A stretch of 64,000 nucleotides of DNA from Stegostoma tigrinum (taxonomy: Eukaryota), in contig NC_081371.1 in NCBI RefSeq assembly GCF_030684315.1, positions 32,607,440 to 32,671,439 of the forward strand, read 5' to 3'. The position numbers and the translations under genes were made by a program. A model generated the notes under the pieces. The model saw only the letters and a list, made by a program, of their open reading frames with translations. It was not told where the DNA came from and made no database searches. Below, piece by piece: positions 38,346 through 52,991 of the stretch. Within the stretch, counting starts at the first letter, position 1. Each line of letters begins with the position of its first letter.

Positions 38346-39199
38346 TAGTGAATGCAGCAGATGTCATTGCTGGATGAATCTGATCCCAGACTGAAATCTG
38401 GATTGATAGATGCAAGTTTGTTTGTCTGAAGCACATGCATGCAATACTGCAGGACTCATTTCACCAACAAAATGAGGCTCTAATACACAAAAGAAAAGAC
38501 AAGATAGATTAAACCGAGCTATTTATACAAAACAAAACTTGAAATATTTTGAAACACAGTAAAAATACAATTTTATCTATCCCAATGCCATCATGGCACA
38601 ATACTTAAACTCCAATGAGAATTCCTTTCTCTATCACATTTATGGGTTTAATTTAATAGTTTATTTTAATTCCCAGTCTTGCAAGTTTTATAGCTCCCAC
38701 CTTGATCAATTGAGTTTATTCTTTCTCAATTTTGACTATCTTCTCCAGAGTTCTAACCAAACACTGGGAATATCAAGCTAAAATATTTGCTACAAGAGAG
38801 CCTTTTTAAAAAAAAACATTCAGAACTAACTCCTCTTTCTGGAAGAAACTATTTCATACAGGATTTCTGCAAAATGAAAATACAAAAGCTTTCTAAGCTT
38901 TAGGAGTTTACCTTGAGTAAATAAAAGTGCTGATCCTTCTGAATAGACAGCAAGCCACTGCTCCTCGATGTTTACTGTGTCCACTGGTAAAACACCTCCA
39001 ATGCAAACAAATCCCATTGTCACTCCAGAGGCTACCTTTCTCACACTGGTTTTGAAAATAACATTGCTGGTGTTATCACTAAACCTCTGGATATACACAA
39101 ACCAAAACCTACATGCCGCTAATTCAAAAAAAACCTCTAAAATAAATGATATTGATCTTCATATAAATCAAACACCTTAGGACAGCAATGAGCATAATT

Positions 39200-39416
39200 A
39201 TTTTTCTGTTCAAAGGCTGTGTGACTTTGGGACTCTTTCAGAAAGCAGTGGTGGCAGTAACTATTTCTCAGTTGGTGGTAGACACATTCTTGTTAAACAA
39301 GTGAGTTACAGGTTATGAGGAATGTGGAACACAAACAGATGAGCTATCATCTTACTGAATGGTGGGTTGGATTTGACGTACTGACTGGTCTACCTGTCCT
39401 AATTCATATGTTTGTA
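39200..39416 (+). mobile_element. Decayed CR1 3' end, probably the continuation of 37840-38310
   Basis: cagaaagcagtggtggca..gtagacacattcttg..ggttatgagg..gaatggtgg..tcctaattcatatgtttgta. Confidence 0.65.
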
Positions 39417-39989
39417 AGTCGGTGGGCTAAACCATTAGTCACAAAGTTCATGAGATTTCAGATGTGACATTGTTATCATGTGCTATTATCAGATTGATGT
39501 TGGAGTAATTTTTGGTCCAAGAATAGTGTGATGTTAATGGTGAAAATAAAAATTAAAGTAATGTAATTTCCTGCTAATGTTGCCATCTCTCAGACGCAAC
39601 AATGTTTGTGTGTATTTAAAGGAGCCATCATCCCATTTTAAAATAAGCAGGTTTACATCCACATAAAAATAAAGGACAGAGAAATGTCATACAAAGACAT
39701 CAAGTGCACATCTAGTATGATTGCTGAGAGTAATTCCTAGTCTATAATTGTCTGACCTGATATATAAAAGAAGTTTATTTTCTAATTTAAAAAAAAGGTA
39801 CCACAGGGATTTTCTTTAAAAAAAAGACAAGTAAATAAAGGTACATTTTCTGGATACAGATGGTAAACCAATGTCTGTTCTTGGCTCAACCGGGCTGAAT
39901 CCCCGAAAGCTGGGTTTCCTATCCAACAGACTGTTCTCAGTTATCAGCAACAGATCTCTGATTTCCTCATGTTTCTTCATAGATTGACT

Positions 39990-40040
39990 CCCCACTCAGT
40001 GTATAGTTTTAAATGAAGCTTTGCCAAGGACAAGGCACTA
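39990..40040 (+). repeat. 51-bp direct repeat, copy 2
   Basis: ccccactcagtgtatagttttaaatgaagctttgccaaggacaaggcacta. Confidence 0.92.
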
Positions 40041-40269
40041 GAAATGTAATTGTCAACAGATCTGAGTCAAGTCCTGAGGAATAGCCTTTTCTGATCGGAA
40101 TCCCAACTTCTGACACCAGGCTTGGAAACAGTCAGTCTGTTGCTCGGGGCATTCAGGTGAAAGTGAGTAAGGAAGGATGTTGTCGGCATTTGTGAGTATC
40201 ATAGAGCTTGAGCCCTGGTGGCAGAGGAACACTGTAGCAGAGATAACGTGAGTTTGAGATATCAGCAAA

Positions 40270-40500
40270 GATGGCGGCACTTAACCAGTGGAGAGGAAAA
40301 GATCACTGGGCAATCCTGCCCCCAGGTGAGACTGCGCTGGTGTTGGACCAGGCTGGCGTGGTCTAGTATTATGGCCTCCACTCTTTGGCCTGGGACAAAA
40401 GGAAGTGCTCCCATGCACCACTCAGTCTTGTAGGACCTCCATGTTTGTGCCAATTTGCCCCCAGATGTGGCAGAGAAGAGGGAAATGTCAGGAACCATGC
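40270..40500 (-). pseudogene. Harbinger Myb/SANT-like remnant related to 15250-15495
   Basis: Minus-strand fragments GGKLA..NMEVLQD*VV..TTPAWS..SAVS..RIAQ parallel the 15.3-kb copy. Confidence 0.45.
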
Positions 40501-43500
40501 CAGGTCAATCTAAACTGACAGTGCATGCCTGAGTGCACAACAGGCTTTCAAAGATGGTGTGGGGCAATGGTTGTCACACCTGCAGCACGTGTCAGCATTG
40601 TATGCAACAAAAACATTGTGCATCAATCAAACGACTGTGCCTCCAATTCTAAAGGGACAATGCTCAGTCAGTTCAAGAGTGACTGTCAGTAGTCAAATGA
40701 TACCTGCATAGTGAGTCAATTGCATTGTCCAGTATTAATTCGGGTGCTTTAACCCGGCTAGTTGGGAACTTGAGGCAATCAGAATCACGGGTTCTCAGTC
40801 ATTTATAGTCTGGGGAGTAGGCCACAGTTGGTCCTTCAGGTACAGTGCAACCGAAGAAAAGGAGTAGTGCGTAGTCAGTCAGGAAGCTATGCACGGGTCA
40901 GTCAGCAGTCTGGCCACTCATCAGTCAAGGCTGTCCATCCAAGTTGGTCAGGAATTGCACCACTGTCAGTCCTGAACAATAGCAAAATGTTATGCTACGT
41001 ATTTGGGAAACAGTAGCCATCCCTTAGACTGTAGTTATTGTTATGATGACTGTCACTCCGACATGTGATGATGTAAAGTGGCAAATGGAACTCTCCAAAA
41101 TTGGCCTTTAGCTGATTTCTGGTGATCTTGATCCCATTGTTTTGACTGACGTGTCCAGGTTAAGATTGCACACTTTTACAAACAACTTTTCAATTTGATT
41201 GATCGTGGAGAATGCGTTCATACAAGTTCCAGACGTTAAGTGTGGTGCATTTTGGTTGGTTGGATAAGAGCTTACTGTATAAAATCCATTAAAGGTCTAA
41301 AGAAAAGTTGGCACAGGCCATTCACTAATCTGACCAAAACCCGGCCTCTGGGTGTATTCACACTAAAAATTGTGCTAATCTATCTCAAAAAAGCTTTTGC
41401 AGTTTGTTAAAAGAATGAGCCATCAGAGAAGGCTCCAGCCAGACATGCCCCCTTTTGGAGGGAATTTTTCTTTTGAAAAGTTATATTTCACTACCTTGCT
41501 AGTAAATTGTAAGTTACCCAGACAAATTTCAATAAAAATATGTGCATATGAGATTCTCGAATTCATTTAAAAATATTTCTGCCCCAAGCTTGTCCAGAAG
41601 GAACAGTCTGATAGAAGACTATGATGGAGCATGTAAGGAGTCTATCAGAAACTCCAAATGGTCTGGTTGGATCTGACAGTCCTGAGCCCGACCTTCCAAC
41701 TGACCTTGATAACCTTCAACCCAGATGAAAAAGGCCAACAATTTTTGAACCTCTAACAAGCTGAATTTTGGATTAAAATGTTGACTGTCAGTTTAAAATG
41801 TTGATGATTGACATATTGGAAGTAGGTACATTAAACTATTTCTTCTTCCAACTGGAGGGTGACTGGTTGGGCCTCAAGGAAGAAATAGAGAACTCTGAAC
41901 TTCCCTGGTGTGGGATGCAAATATAAAGGAATAGACTGCCCATGGTTACACCTTAGGGCAAGGAATCTGTGCTGGAGATCATTGGAGGAATCATGGATTA
42001 AGACAGTAAAAACTTGATCAAAGGGAGAAGAAACTGAGTTGGAAAGAAAATGATTCAGTGGGCAGAAACACAAAATCCTTACAGTGCGTAAGCAGACCAC
42101 TCAGCCCATCCAAATGACTCTCTGAAGAACATCCCACCCATTATAACTGTAGCTACAGAGGCTACCCATCATTAGAGCCACACCATGTTAGAATCTAGTC
42201 TAAGGGATGGCTACAGTTTCCCTAATATGTAGCGTAACATCTTGACATTGTTCAGGACTGACTGTGGTGCAAATCCTGACCAACTTGGGCAGACAACCTT
42301 GACTGATGATATTTATGCTAGACTCGTAATTCATACAGCTTTATAGTATATAAGGATACCTTCTGCATAAGTGACATTGATAATTTTTCCAGTAGCTTGA
42401 GATTTTTACTGATTGTTTTAATAATGTAATCTTATGAAAGTTATTTGATGAACTTCAGTAAGTACTCTTTTTACTGTTGCTATATTGTAACAGTACTTTT
42501 ATTCGGCTGATCCCTGAGGTTGGCTGCATGTTGTGGGCATGACTGATGATACGCTAGCAAGGAGATTCCATTGGAGTATGAAGGAGAAAGGTAACTTTAG
42601 TAAAACAAGAACAAAGCTGTCATATAAATATACAATCTACATAGAATTATTTTCTGGACATCTGAAATTTCCTTAGTCTTGTTGGATTTTCTATTTGGAC
42701 AGAATAGAAATACCATAAGTGTTTGCCATTCTAGCTTTTTGGAGTTGTGTGCAGCCTTTTTGGTACGATGAAAAATGAACAGTTGTTGAATTTGTTTCTA
42801 AGTATTTCGCAAAAACTGAAAACAATGAAAAGCAACTTAAATGTTCTACCAATTTTTTTACAGAAGTTAATGAGTGGGTAATGTATAAAAGTCTTTTTGT
42901 TGAAAGTAAATATCTGGTTAAAAACACTACAGCCTTCTTATAAAGAAATTCCACAGTGCCTTACTCATCATTTTTAAAGTTATATGGTCTGTAATCTCAC
43001 AAACTCAGACGTGCACACTTCTAAAAATGTGTTCCATACATTAGTTATAAAGACACGTCAGAACCTGGAGAAAATGGCAAAGCATTGCAAGATTGCAACA
43101 TTAGGTGAGAAAAGTCAATCTTGAACATATATATTTCTTTGTGGTAAAGAGATTGGTCACAATAGTAACCTGCTTATTCAATTTATTGTTGACTTATTCA
43201 TCAGTTGTACCTTATCAATACTTGATTTTTTTTGTGACTTTAGCTATAATTGCTTAAGTTTCAATGCATTGTGGAATTAGAATATATTCTGTGATGAATT
43301 CGAATTGGTGAATTCTTTTATCCTAGTCATTAGGAAGACCATTTAGCACATAAGTAAAAATATCATAAGTGAAATGCAAATACCTTTCAGTGAATGGAAT
43401 GAAATATGTATTCCATGACAAAACTGCAAAAACTCCACGAGATCCATACTTCAGAAAAATGGACAGAATTATTTTGTTGAAGAGCTATTATTTTTGTTCT

Positions 43501-43974
43501 TGTCATAATTCATATTATGGTTCAGCTGGGATAACAGTTTTGCATGGAGAAGAGAGCTTATGTGACGTCGAACACGAATATAATTTTATACAAGCATGCG
43601 TATGAAATCAATTATGGCAACAAGCTATATTTTAAAATGGCATATTCCATCATCTGCACATTGTTTCATTATATTTAATGTTAAGTCACATATAGCGTGC
43701 AACAGACAAAAATAAGCTTCTTTTTAAATTAAAATTGAGCTTACAATTCAAGCATCAAAAAACTACCTAAATGTTATTAAATTTGCGCTTTATCCCAAAT
43801 ATTTAATGGAAGCTATTCACAGCTGTTGTACCTCCTGAATTATTTATGATGAAGATGTATTTTAAAAGCTCTAATGGTGATTTCATACAAAAAGTGTTAA
43901 CTCATGAGTCCGCCGTGCAGCATTGTGTTTTCAGGAAATGTGCGCGCACTGCATGAATATCACCCATGACTATC

Positions 43975-44150
43975 ACAGATCACAAAATTGTTATGGTTCA
44001 AAAGAAGGCTACTCGGCCAACTATGTCTATACTGGCTTTCCATAAAAGTGTCATTACCTGGTGCTAATTTCCTGCTTTTCTCCTAATACCCTTGCACACT
44101 GTTTCTATCCAGATATTCATCCAGTTCCCTCTTGAATACCTCAATTGATC
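43975..44150 (-). mobile_element. CR1 3' end fragment
   Basis: agaaggctactcggccaac...cttttctcc..tacccttgcac..tccagttccctcttgaatacctcaattga. Confidence 0.6.
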
Positions 44151-45155
44151 TAAGTTTAATTAATATTAAACTAATAACTTTGCTTAATTACCTTACATTT
44201 CAACTTGTAAATATTACATACAGTAGGAAATCGTGGAAATTCACTGTTTAGAAGCAGTCCAATTATATTTTCTTCGGCTCTGTTGTAGCAATCAAAAACT
44301 CACAAAATGTCTTGCACTCTCCCCAAAACACAAAATCAGTAAAAGCCGATACTGGAACTAAATGTCGGGTTTCATTTGACTGTTTTGAATTGTGTGTTCA
44401 TTTAAATTTGCTTGTGAAAATTTTGCTTCATGCTTTGTTTTATTGAGATGATTTAATTTATACCATTAAATAGTTCGATGAATTTTCAAGCAATCAGAGA
44501 CTTCAGTGTAACGAGTGGACAATATCTTTAACAAGTCGGATTTAATTTTCATGCACCCCATATCTACAATAGAACTTCTGCTTGAGTTACAATGAATATT
44601 TATCTGAGCTTGACTACGTGATTTTGATATGGAGGAGACTTAATAACCTATTTTCATTGGAAGATATATTATGCACTTGAGTAATGTAGTCGTACTAAAA
44701 TTGGCAATCGAGATAAAATTGGATGTTTTGTTATCAAAATCATAATATCTTTTCCCAAAATATAAAGAAAATATTTTTGGTGAGTTTTTGTTATTGCCTT
44801 GTACTTTCTATCTACTGAAAAATAGGAAATCTGTATTGGTATTGATGGTATTATTCTTACGTTGAAACTCCCCTAGAATGCTGTTGCATTGAGGATAAAA
44901 ATAAATCCCAATTTCACAACAAATCTTTGTAAAACATTATAAATGTATGTTTCTTTAGTAATGAACATGTACTATCTATAGTGTTTTTAACATCAAAACA
45001 AGTATTTGTGTTTAGAAGAGATTATACTAAAACTTTGATATATGTTATGTTTTCACATTGTTTCACAATACAAAGAATCCTGAACTTCTCTTAAATGTTT
45101 TGATTTGTTTTTGGTCTAGACAAACTCAAGAATTATGGTTTTGTTGTTATTGTTC

Positions 45156-47057
45156 AGTGTGGAAAAAATGAGCTATGAAGGAAAACTGGCCAAAAATATA
45201 AAGGAGGATAGTAAAAGTTTTTTTTTTAAGGTGTGTGAAAAGAAAAAAGATGGTTAAGACTAAAATTGGGCCCTTGAAGTCAGAAACGGGTGAATTTATT
45301 ATGGGGAACAAGGAACTGGCAGAAGAGTTGAATAGGTACTTTGGATCTGTCTTCACTAGGGAAGACACAAGCAATCTCCCAGATGCAATACTGGCTGAAG
45401 GACCTCGGGTAATGGATGAACTGAAGGGTATTTATATTAGGCAGGAAATGGTGTTGGATAGACTGTTAGGTCTGAAGGCCGATAAGTCCCCGGGACCTGA
45501 TGGTCTGCATTCCAGGGTACTTAAAGAGGTGGCTCTAGAAATTGTGTACGCATTGGTAATTATTTTCCAAGGTTCTATAGATTCAGGATCAGTTCCTGCA
45601 GGTTTGGAGGGTGGCAAATGATGTCCCACTTTTCAAGAAAGGAGGGAGAGAGAAAACGGGAAATTATAGACCGGTCAGCCTAACATCAGTGGTGGAAAAG
45701 ATGCTGGAGTCAATTATAAAAGATGAAATTACGACTCATTTGGACAGCAGTAACAGAATAGATCAGAGTCAGCATGGACTTACGAAGGGGAAATCTTGCT
45801 TGATTCATCTTCTGGAATTTTTTGAGGATGTATCTATGAAGATCGACAAGGGAGAGCCAGTGGATGTAGTGTACCTGGACTTTCAGAATGCCTTTGATAA
45901 AGTCCTGCATAGGAGATTGGTGAACAAAATTAGGGCACATGGTATTGGGGGCAAAATACTGAGTTGGATTGAAAATTGGCTGGCTGACAGGAAGCAAAGA
46001 GTAGTGATAAACGGGTCCCTTTCGGAATGGCAGGCAGTGACCAGTGGGGTACCACAAGGTTCGGTGCTGGGACCGCAGCTGTTAAAGATATGTATTAATG
46101 ATATAGACGAAGGCATTAAATATCTGCAAATTTTCTGATGACACAAAGTTGGGTGGCAGTGTGAAATGTGAGGAGAATGTTATGAGAATATAGGGTGACT
46201 TGGGCAGGCTAGGTGAGTGGACGGATGCATGGCAGATGCAGTTTAATGTGGATAAATGTGCGGTTATCCACTTTGGTGGCAAGAACAGGAAGGCAGATTA
46301 CTATCTCAATGGAGTCAAATTAGGTAAAGGGGAAGTACAATGATATCTGGGTGTTCTTGTACATCAGTCAATGAAAGCAAGCATGCAGGGACAGCAGGCA
46401 GTGAAGAAAGCTAATAGCATGCTGGCCTTCATAACCAGAGGAATTGAGTATAGGAGCAAAGAGGTCCTTCTGCATCTGTACAGGGCCCTGGTGAGACCGT
46501 ACCTGGAGTATTATGTGCAGTTTTGGTCTCCCAATTTGAGGAGGGACATTCTTGCTATTGAGGGAGTGCAGCGTAGGTTCACGAGGTCAATTCCCGGAAT
46601 GGCGGGACTATCATATGTTGAAAGATTGGAGCGACTGGGCTTGTGTACACTTGAGTTTAGAAGGATGAGAGGGGATCTGATTGAGGCGTATAAGATTATT
46701 AAGGGATTGGACAGTCTGGAGGCAGGAAGCATGTTTTGACTGATGGGTAAGTCCAGAACCAGAGGACACAGTTTAAAAATAAGGGGTAGGCCATTTAGAA
46801 CAGAATTGAGGAAAAACTTCTTCACCCAGAGAGTGGTGGATGTATGGAATGCTCTGCCCCAGAAGGCCGTGGAGGCCAACTCTCTGGATACTTTCAAGAA
46901 AGAGATAGATAGAGCTCTTAACAATAGTGGAATCAAGGGTTATGGGGATAAGGCAGGAACAGGATACTGATTGTGGATGATCAGCCATGATCATAATAAA
47001 TGGTGGTGCTGGCTCGAAGGGCTAAATGGCCTACTCCAGCACCTGTTGTCTATTGTC
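45156..47057 (+). mobile_element. 5'-truncated CR1 LINE, ORF2 RT broken by frameshifts and stops
   Basis: [71 protein letters not shown]. (tctattg)n tail. Possible 8-bp TSD tattgttc at 45148-45155 and 47058-47065. Confidence 0.97.
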
Positions 47058-47985
47058 TATTGTTCTGCTCATACGCTGCTTATTTGAACTGTTGTGATGA
47101 TTTTCTTGCGTTCTAAAGTTGGTATCTTTACCATGCAATGCACATGCACTTACCAGAGTGAGGCGTATTCTTTTATTTCTCACAGCTAGTTTGCAGTATA
47201 CATTTAAGAATCATGCATGCGATATCATCAGTATATCATGGTCTGTGACCTGAGGATTTCAAGGTCTCGGTCTCCATTTTAATTGAGGCCACTTGGAGCT
47301 TGATGTGCTGGTGAAAGCCTGCTACTGTTTATCACTGAATAGTTATGTACTAGGTCTGACACTGAAATGCCTATGAATGTAATATCTGTCAATACGAGGA
47401 GCTATAATAAACATCAATTGAATCTTTGAGTATCATGTTCCTCACATCAAGTTCTTAGGCTGACATCACTATACCTCATGTGTACAAATAGCCTACTAAA
47501 AGCAAAAACCTGCATTACAGTAACAAATCAAGGTCTGAATGTCATTAACAGGTCATCGGTAGGGTGAGGCCTTGTTGGGGATGAGAATCGCAAAAGAGTG
47601 CAGTGAATAGGTCACATGTAAGCTGGTTCTAATATTGACTCTCAAAAAGAACTCCTCCTTGGCCCATAGCACAGGGAATAAAAAGAATTGGATGTCACAG
47701 GGATTTTTTTGATGAGTGGTCATTTGAAATAAAGTCGGATCTTGACCTGCAATTTAAGCAGGTTTTTGGTTTTAAGTGGAAGAGTCCATCAGGACGATAT
47801 TGACTTTTTTTCAATTGCTAAACATCCATTTCTTTGGTGAGAAATGGACAGCTCGTGGTTCGATATCTTCCCAGCCAAATTCTGTTGAGGAAGCCATTGA
47901 ACTTTTCACATCCTGAATCTGAAAAAGAAAATCATTCAGATTATTGCATTATGAATAGTAACCAATTTTGGAGAAATTCTTTTGC

Positions 47986-48980
47986 TAAGACCAGATGATG
48001 TAGGAGCAGAAGTAGGCCATTTGGCCCATCAAGTCTGTTCTACATTTCGATTATTGTTGATTTGTTTCTCAACCCCAGTTTTCTGCTTTCTCCTTAGAAC
48101 ATTTGATCTCCATACCAGTCAAGAACCTGTCTATTTCTGTCTTAAATACACTTTAATGACTTGGCCTGCACAGTTTTCTGTGGCAATGAGTTCCACAGAT
48201 TAATCACAGTGTGACTGAAGAAATTCCTCCTCATTTCAGTTCTGAAGGGTAATCCCTTCACTCTGATGATGTGTCCTGGGGACCTAATCTGTCCCACATG
48301 TGGAAACCTCCATGACCGCTGTATCCAGCCCTCTTAGTATTCTGTAAGTTTCTATCAGATACCCCCTTAACCTTCTAAACTCCAAGTAAAGATCCAGAAT
48401 CCTCAACTGCTCCTCATATGACAAATCTATCTTCCCTCGCATCTATTTTATAAACCACTTGTGAATCCCCTACAAAACCAACACAACCTTCCTTATGTAC
48501 TGGACCCAAAACTGCTTTCAGTATTTCAGATGTGGTCTGACAAGAGCCTTACACTGCCTCAGAAGCACATCTCTACTATTGTATTTTAACCCTTTTAAAA
48601 AGAATACTAACATTGCATTTGTTTTTCTACCTGCCAACTGAACCTGCATGTTAACCTTAAGAGAGTCCTGAACTAGCTCTTGCAAGTCCCTTTGTGCTTC
48701 AGATTTCTAAAGCCATTCCCCATTTTAAAAATAGCCTACATCTTTATTCTTCCTTCCAAAGTGTATAACGTCCCACTTCCTCACATTGCATTCCACCTGC
48801 CACTTCCTTGCATACTCTCCTAACCAGTCCAAGTTCTTCTGCAGCCTTCCCACTTCCTTGACACTACCTGTCCATCCATCTATCATTGCATGATCTGCAA
48901 ACTTAGCAACAGTGCCCTCAGTTTCTCCATCCAGATCCATAATGTATAACATGAATTGTTGTGATCCCAACACTGTACCG
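47986..48980 (-). mobile_element. 5'-truncated decayed CR1 LINE
   Basis: ORF 48725..49069 TVLGSQQFMLYIMDLD..VAKFADHAMI..LQKNLDWL..WQVECNVRKW. CR1 3' UTR at the left end. Confidence 0.9.
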
Positions 48981-51900
48981 AACACAAGTACTGAACAGTG
49001 TCTTGACATAATTGTGCGACTTTGCAAAAGTTGTGTGATAAGTAATTTAAGTTTTGAAGTGAAAAGCAATTAAAATGTATGCATGAAGCATGCTGTGATA
49101 TCATAATCACATTTTTTCATCGCTAAACTGCAATTTAATGGCTAAAATAATATTTTTGTGCAGTAGTAGTTTTGCTGAAATTAAATGTACAATTAAGAAA
49201 CAAAGCAACCTAATTTTCAGCCATGAATTTTAAATTCATGCCATTTGTGAGGCACACGTAGGTTTCCTCAAAGTTTGGCATGCATAAATCATTTACTTAT
49301 TTTGTTGATGTGTTAAATCTCAAATTTAGCTCTAAAGATTCAGCTCTGAGATTCCATGTGGCTTTCTACAATGTCCCATTGCAGAGGCAATAACAGAATC
49401 ACTCTCCCCAGTCCTCCAGTAAAAGACAGGGGACCCTTTAAAATTCCAGTGCCAGATTTTCCTCCGTTTTTTCATTGTGATATATGAATGTGCAATGAAT
49501 GCGACACATTTCTTAGATAATTAACAAACACTTTTGTTGCGGAGTTAAGGAAAAAAGCTCTCATGCTACTAACCTGATATACACTCGAGTTCTACCTTTT
49601 ATGTGATCAGAGTATTCTCAGTTGCTGCATGTTAAGGTACAAAGAGTCACTTATTCATTGTGCCTGTCTTGCATGAAAGCATTTACAGAGAAAATATGAC
49701 AGGAACATGTTCAGCTAATGAGGTCGAATAGTTGTAACATTAAATTTAGGCTGTGTTTTCTATTAGGTTTTATTTATCAGTACAGTATTTGCATTCAGTC
49801 CTTTCACATTTGTTATCTCATGCACAGTTCTGGGGATGGGGCACCTTTTCTCATTTCCCAGCCGATTGTCACCCTGCGCTGAGTCTGTAAGTTGCTTGTG
49901 AATATAAAAGTGACTGCAATTAACCTGACTTTGTTGCTTGAGGAGAATTTGAGATGAGAAATCTGACAGGAAATGACAGGCATTTTTCTGGGTTTAGCAT
50001 AGAAGAAAGTATAAGTAACATTACAAAGAGAGGCATTAGGGAGCAGGTACCTGCAAATTAAGTGGCTGACACTGTCTATTGAGAATTTAGATAGCGGTGT
50101 CTGGAATTTTTATGTTAAGTTCACATTATTTTAAATTCGTAGTGTGGTTGCCTTCTTTCATTACCATTGTAAATATGTGAACTCCTATATCTGTACATTT
50201 TGATGACTTTCAGTTTGTGTACTTCATTTTTTGTAAGTTGTAAATATGTTCTCTTTAATGGTATTTGTAAGTGGCAAGCTGCCACTGAAAAATATCTAAT
50301 ATAAAATGTAGTTTTGAAAAAATGTATTTTATTATAGTTTTTAAAAAGAAATCGTTTTATTTGGTGATGGCCCATGAGTTAGTGTTGATTTTCTCTTTAT
50401 GATAGTCATCGTAATGTTGCCTGCAGGCTTGCTGATTTTCTTTACAATCCTGATTTTAAAGCACTAATCATAGCATGGTAACATCTTCTGTTAGCACACG
50501 GCACATTTATGCAACATTTATTGTATTTGTCAGGTGTTTAGGAGACCACTGGGAGTTTTAATTAATGTCAGTTAAGAAGATACATCGTTCAGCTGATACC
50601 AGCTTGGCAAGTTTCTCATTTTCCTATAATCCATACACTCCTCCGTCTTTAGGGAAATATGCAAAATTAAAAGTTACACTGCATGCTGTTGTCTGTACAG
50701 CATGCAGCTCATCAAGCTAAAACTCTCATGCAAATTTTAATTTGCCCTTGAGCATAATTTAGAAACCATAATCATTGAGGTTTTATGCAGCACAGATACA
50801 GGAAAGATACTCCATTAAACCACATGCTCTCATTCAGAGTTACATTCCTTACGCAGTACAATCTTAATTTATCATGCAAAAATTTGTGATCATGACAACA
50901 CAAAATATTTCATTCACATGGTAATGAAAAGCTGTAAAAGAAAAAAAAGTAAAGGTGTTTAGAACTTGGATTTTGGTGTAATCATTTGTTTTTCGGAGCA
51001 TAGCATTTTTTGTATTTCTGTCGCAATCCCTAAAGTCCTGTACACTTGGCCTGACATATAGAGTCTTCTACACGAGGATGACACTAAAAGATATGTAGAA
51101 TGACTGACAATGTAGCAGATGCATGGCTCCTTCCCCAGACAAAACAGAAGGTATTGTTCTATTATCAACTACTGTGAATTACCATTGTGTGCCCATCTGT
51201 GTTAAGACATATTACATGACTTCATGGAATTTACAGTGCACTCCTTCTGTAACTCGATTTTTCAATGTTTGGTCCCGGGAGATTTTACAAAATGTCAAGC
51301 TGTAGCTTGTAAGAGAAAAGTGAAATCTACTGGAAACAAACACTTATGACCATTTCATGCCTGATCTCCTTTGTGATGTTGTTTAGGGGGCAGGTGTTAT
51401 ACTGAAGTATCTTAGTATAGTTGTAAATCTTAAGTATTTTGGATATTAAGACATTTAATGAATATACAGCTGAAGGCTGAATGGTAAGTATTTAAATATT
51501 TGTTACAGCTCTCTAACAAGGTGCAGCTTGACATTGTTACAGTAATTAAAAATTCTAATTCTAGACATAATATTGTTATGATTTATTTATTCACATTCTC
51601 TATAACTTTATTTTACATTCTTAAAGGTTCTGGTACTTGCAGGTATGACTCATGTTTAACTATTTTCATGTGGGTGTAACCTTAAATAAACTTAATTATA
51701 TTTTCAGTGTACATTTAAGCTAAGTTAAATTTTGTTGATAAATTGTCGAAGTATTCATTGATATTTTGTAAAGCTTTCTTTTATTGTCAAGCCCGTTTGC
51801 CAATAAAATATGAAATATAATCTATTCTGTGTTTCAATAACACTTTTTATTTATATAGTGTCCTTTAATGCCATGCCAAGATATTTCACAAGAGCATTAT

Positions 51901-52096
51901 AAAGCAAACTTAGAGATGTCTTCTAAATAAAGAACTGAACCAAAGCAGTGTGCAAGTTTTTTTTTCAACATTAAAAAAAAGCCAACACATATTAATAATG
52001 TGATCAACAAGTACTTTAACAATTAATCCTTGGAATTTGTCAATAGTTCTCCTTTCGAGTGAGTAAATAAACCACCCTGACAGTTTGTTACATGGG

Positions 52097-52991
52097 GATG
52101 TGAACATAGGAGGTATGGTTAGTAAGTTTGCAGATGACACCAAAATTGGAGGTGCAGTGGCCAGCAAAGGTTACCTCAGAGTACAATGGGATCAGTGGGC
52201 CAAGGAGTTGCAGATTGAGTTTAATTTAGATAAATATGAGATGCTGCATTTTGGAAAGACAAATCAGGTCAGATTCAAAGGGTAAAATCCTGGGGAGTGT
52301 TGCTGAACAAAGACACCTTGGAGTAAAGGTTGATAGTTGCTTGAAACTGGAGCTGCAGGTGGATAGGATAGTTAAGAAGGCATTTGCAATGCTTGCCTTT
52401 ATTGGCCAGTGCATTGAGTACAGCAGCTGGGAAGCCATGTTGCAGCTGTACAGGACATTGGTTAGACTGCTGTTAGAATATTGCATTCAGTTTTGGTCTC
52501 CATGCTATAGGAAGGATGCTGTGAAACTTGAAAGGATTCAAACAAATTTATAAGGATTTTGCCAGGTTTGAGAATTTGAGTGAAAGGTAGAGACAGAGTA
52601 GACTGGGGCTATTTTCCCTGCGGCATCAGAAGCTGAGGGGTGACCGTACAGAGGTTTGTGAAGGCATGAGGGGGCATGGACAAGGTCTTTTCCCTGGGGT
52701 GGGGGAACTAGAGATTACAGGTTTGTGGTGAGTGGGGAAAGATTTAAAATGGACCGAAGCAGCAACTTTTTCACGCAGAGGGTGGTGTGTGTATGGAATG
52801 AGCTGCCAGAGGAAGTGGTGGAGACTTATATTACAACATTTAAAAGGCATCCGGATAGATAAATGATTAGCAAGGCTTTAGAGAGATGTGGGCCAAATGC
52901 TGGCCAATGGGACTAGATTTATTTAGGATATCTGGTCAGCGTGGACAAGTTGGACCGAAGGGTCTGTTTCTGTGCTGTATATCTCTATGAC
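52097..52991 (+). mobile_element. 5'-truncated CR1 LINE
   Basis: VSKFADDTKIGG, LYRTLVRLLLEYCIQFWSP, FFTQRVVCVWNELPEEVVE, then 3' UTR. Confidence 0.93.

Noticed and set aside
42494-42590. AG...AAG|GTAACT exon-like segment
   Set aside because: Stops in all three frames from the acceptor and no supporting evidence.
45235-46970. Long RT-like ORFs as a functional gene
   Set aside because: 5'-truncated CR1 with frameshifts and stops, so not a host gene or an intact element. The antisense ORFs are shadows of it.
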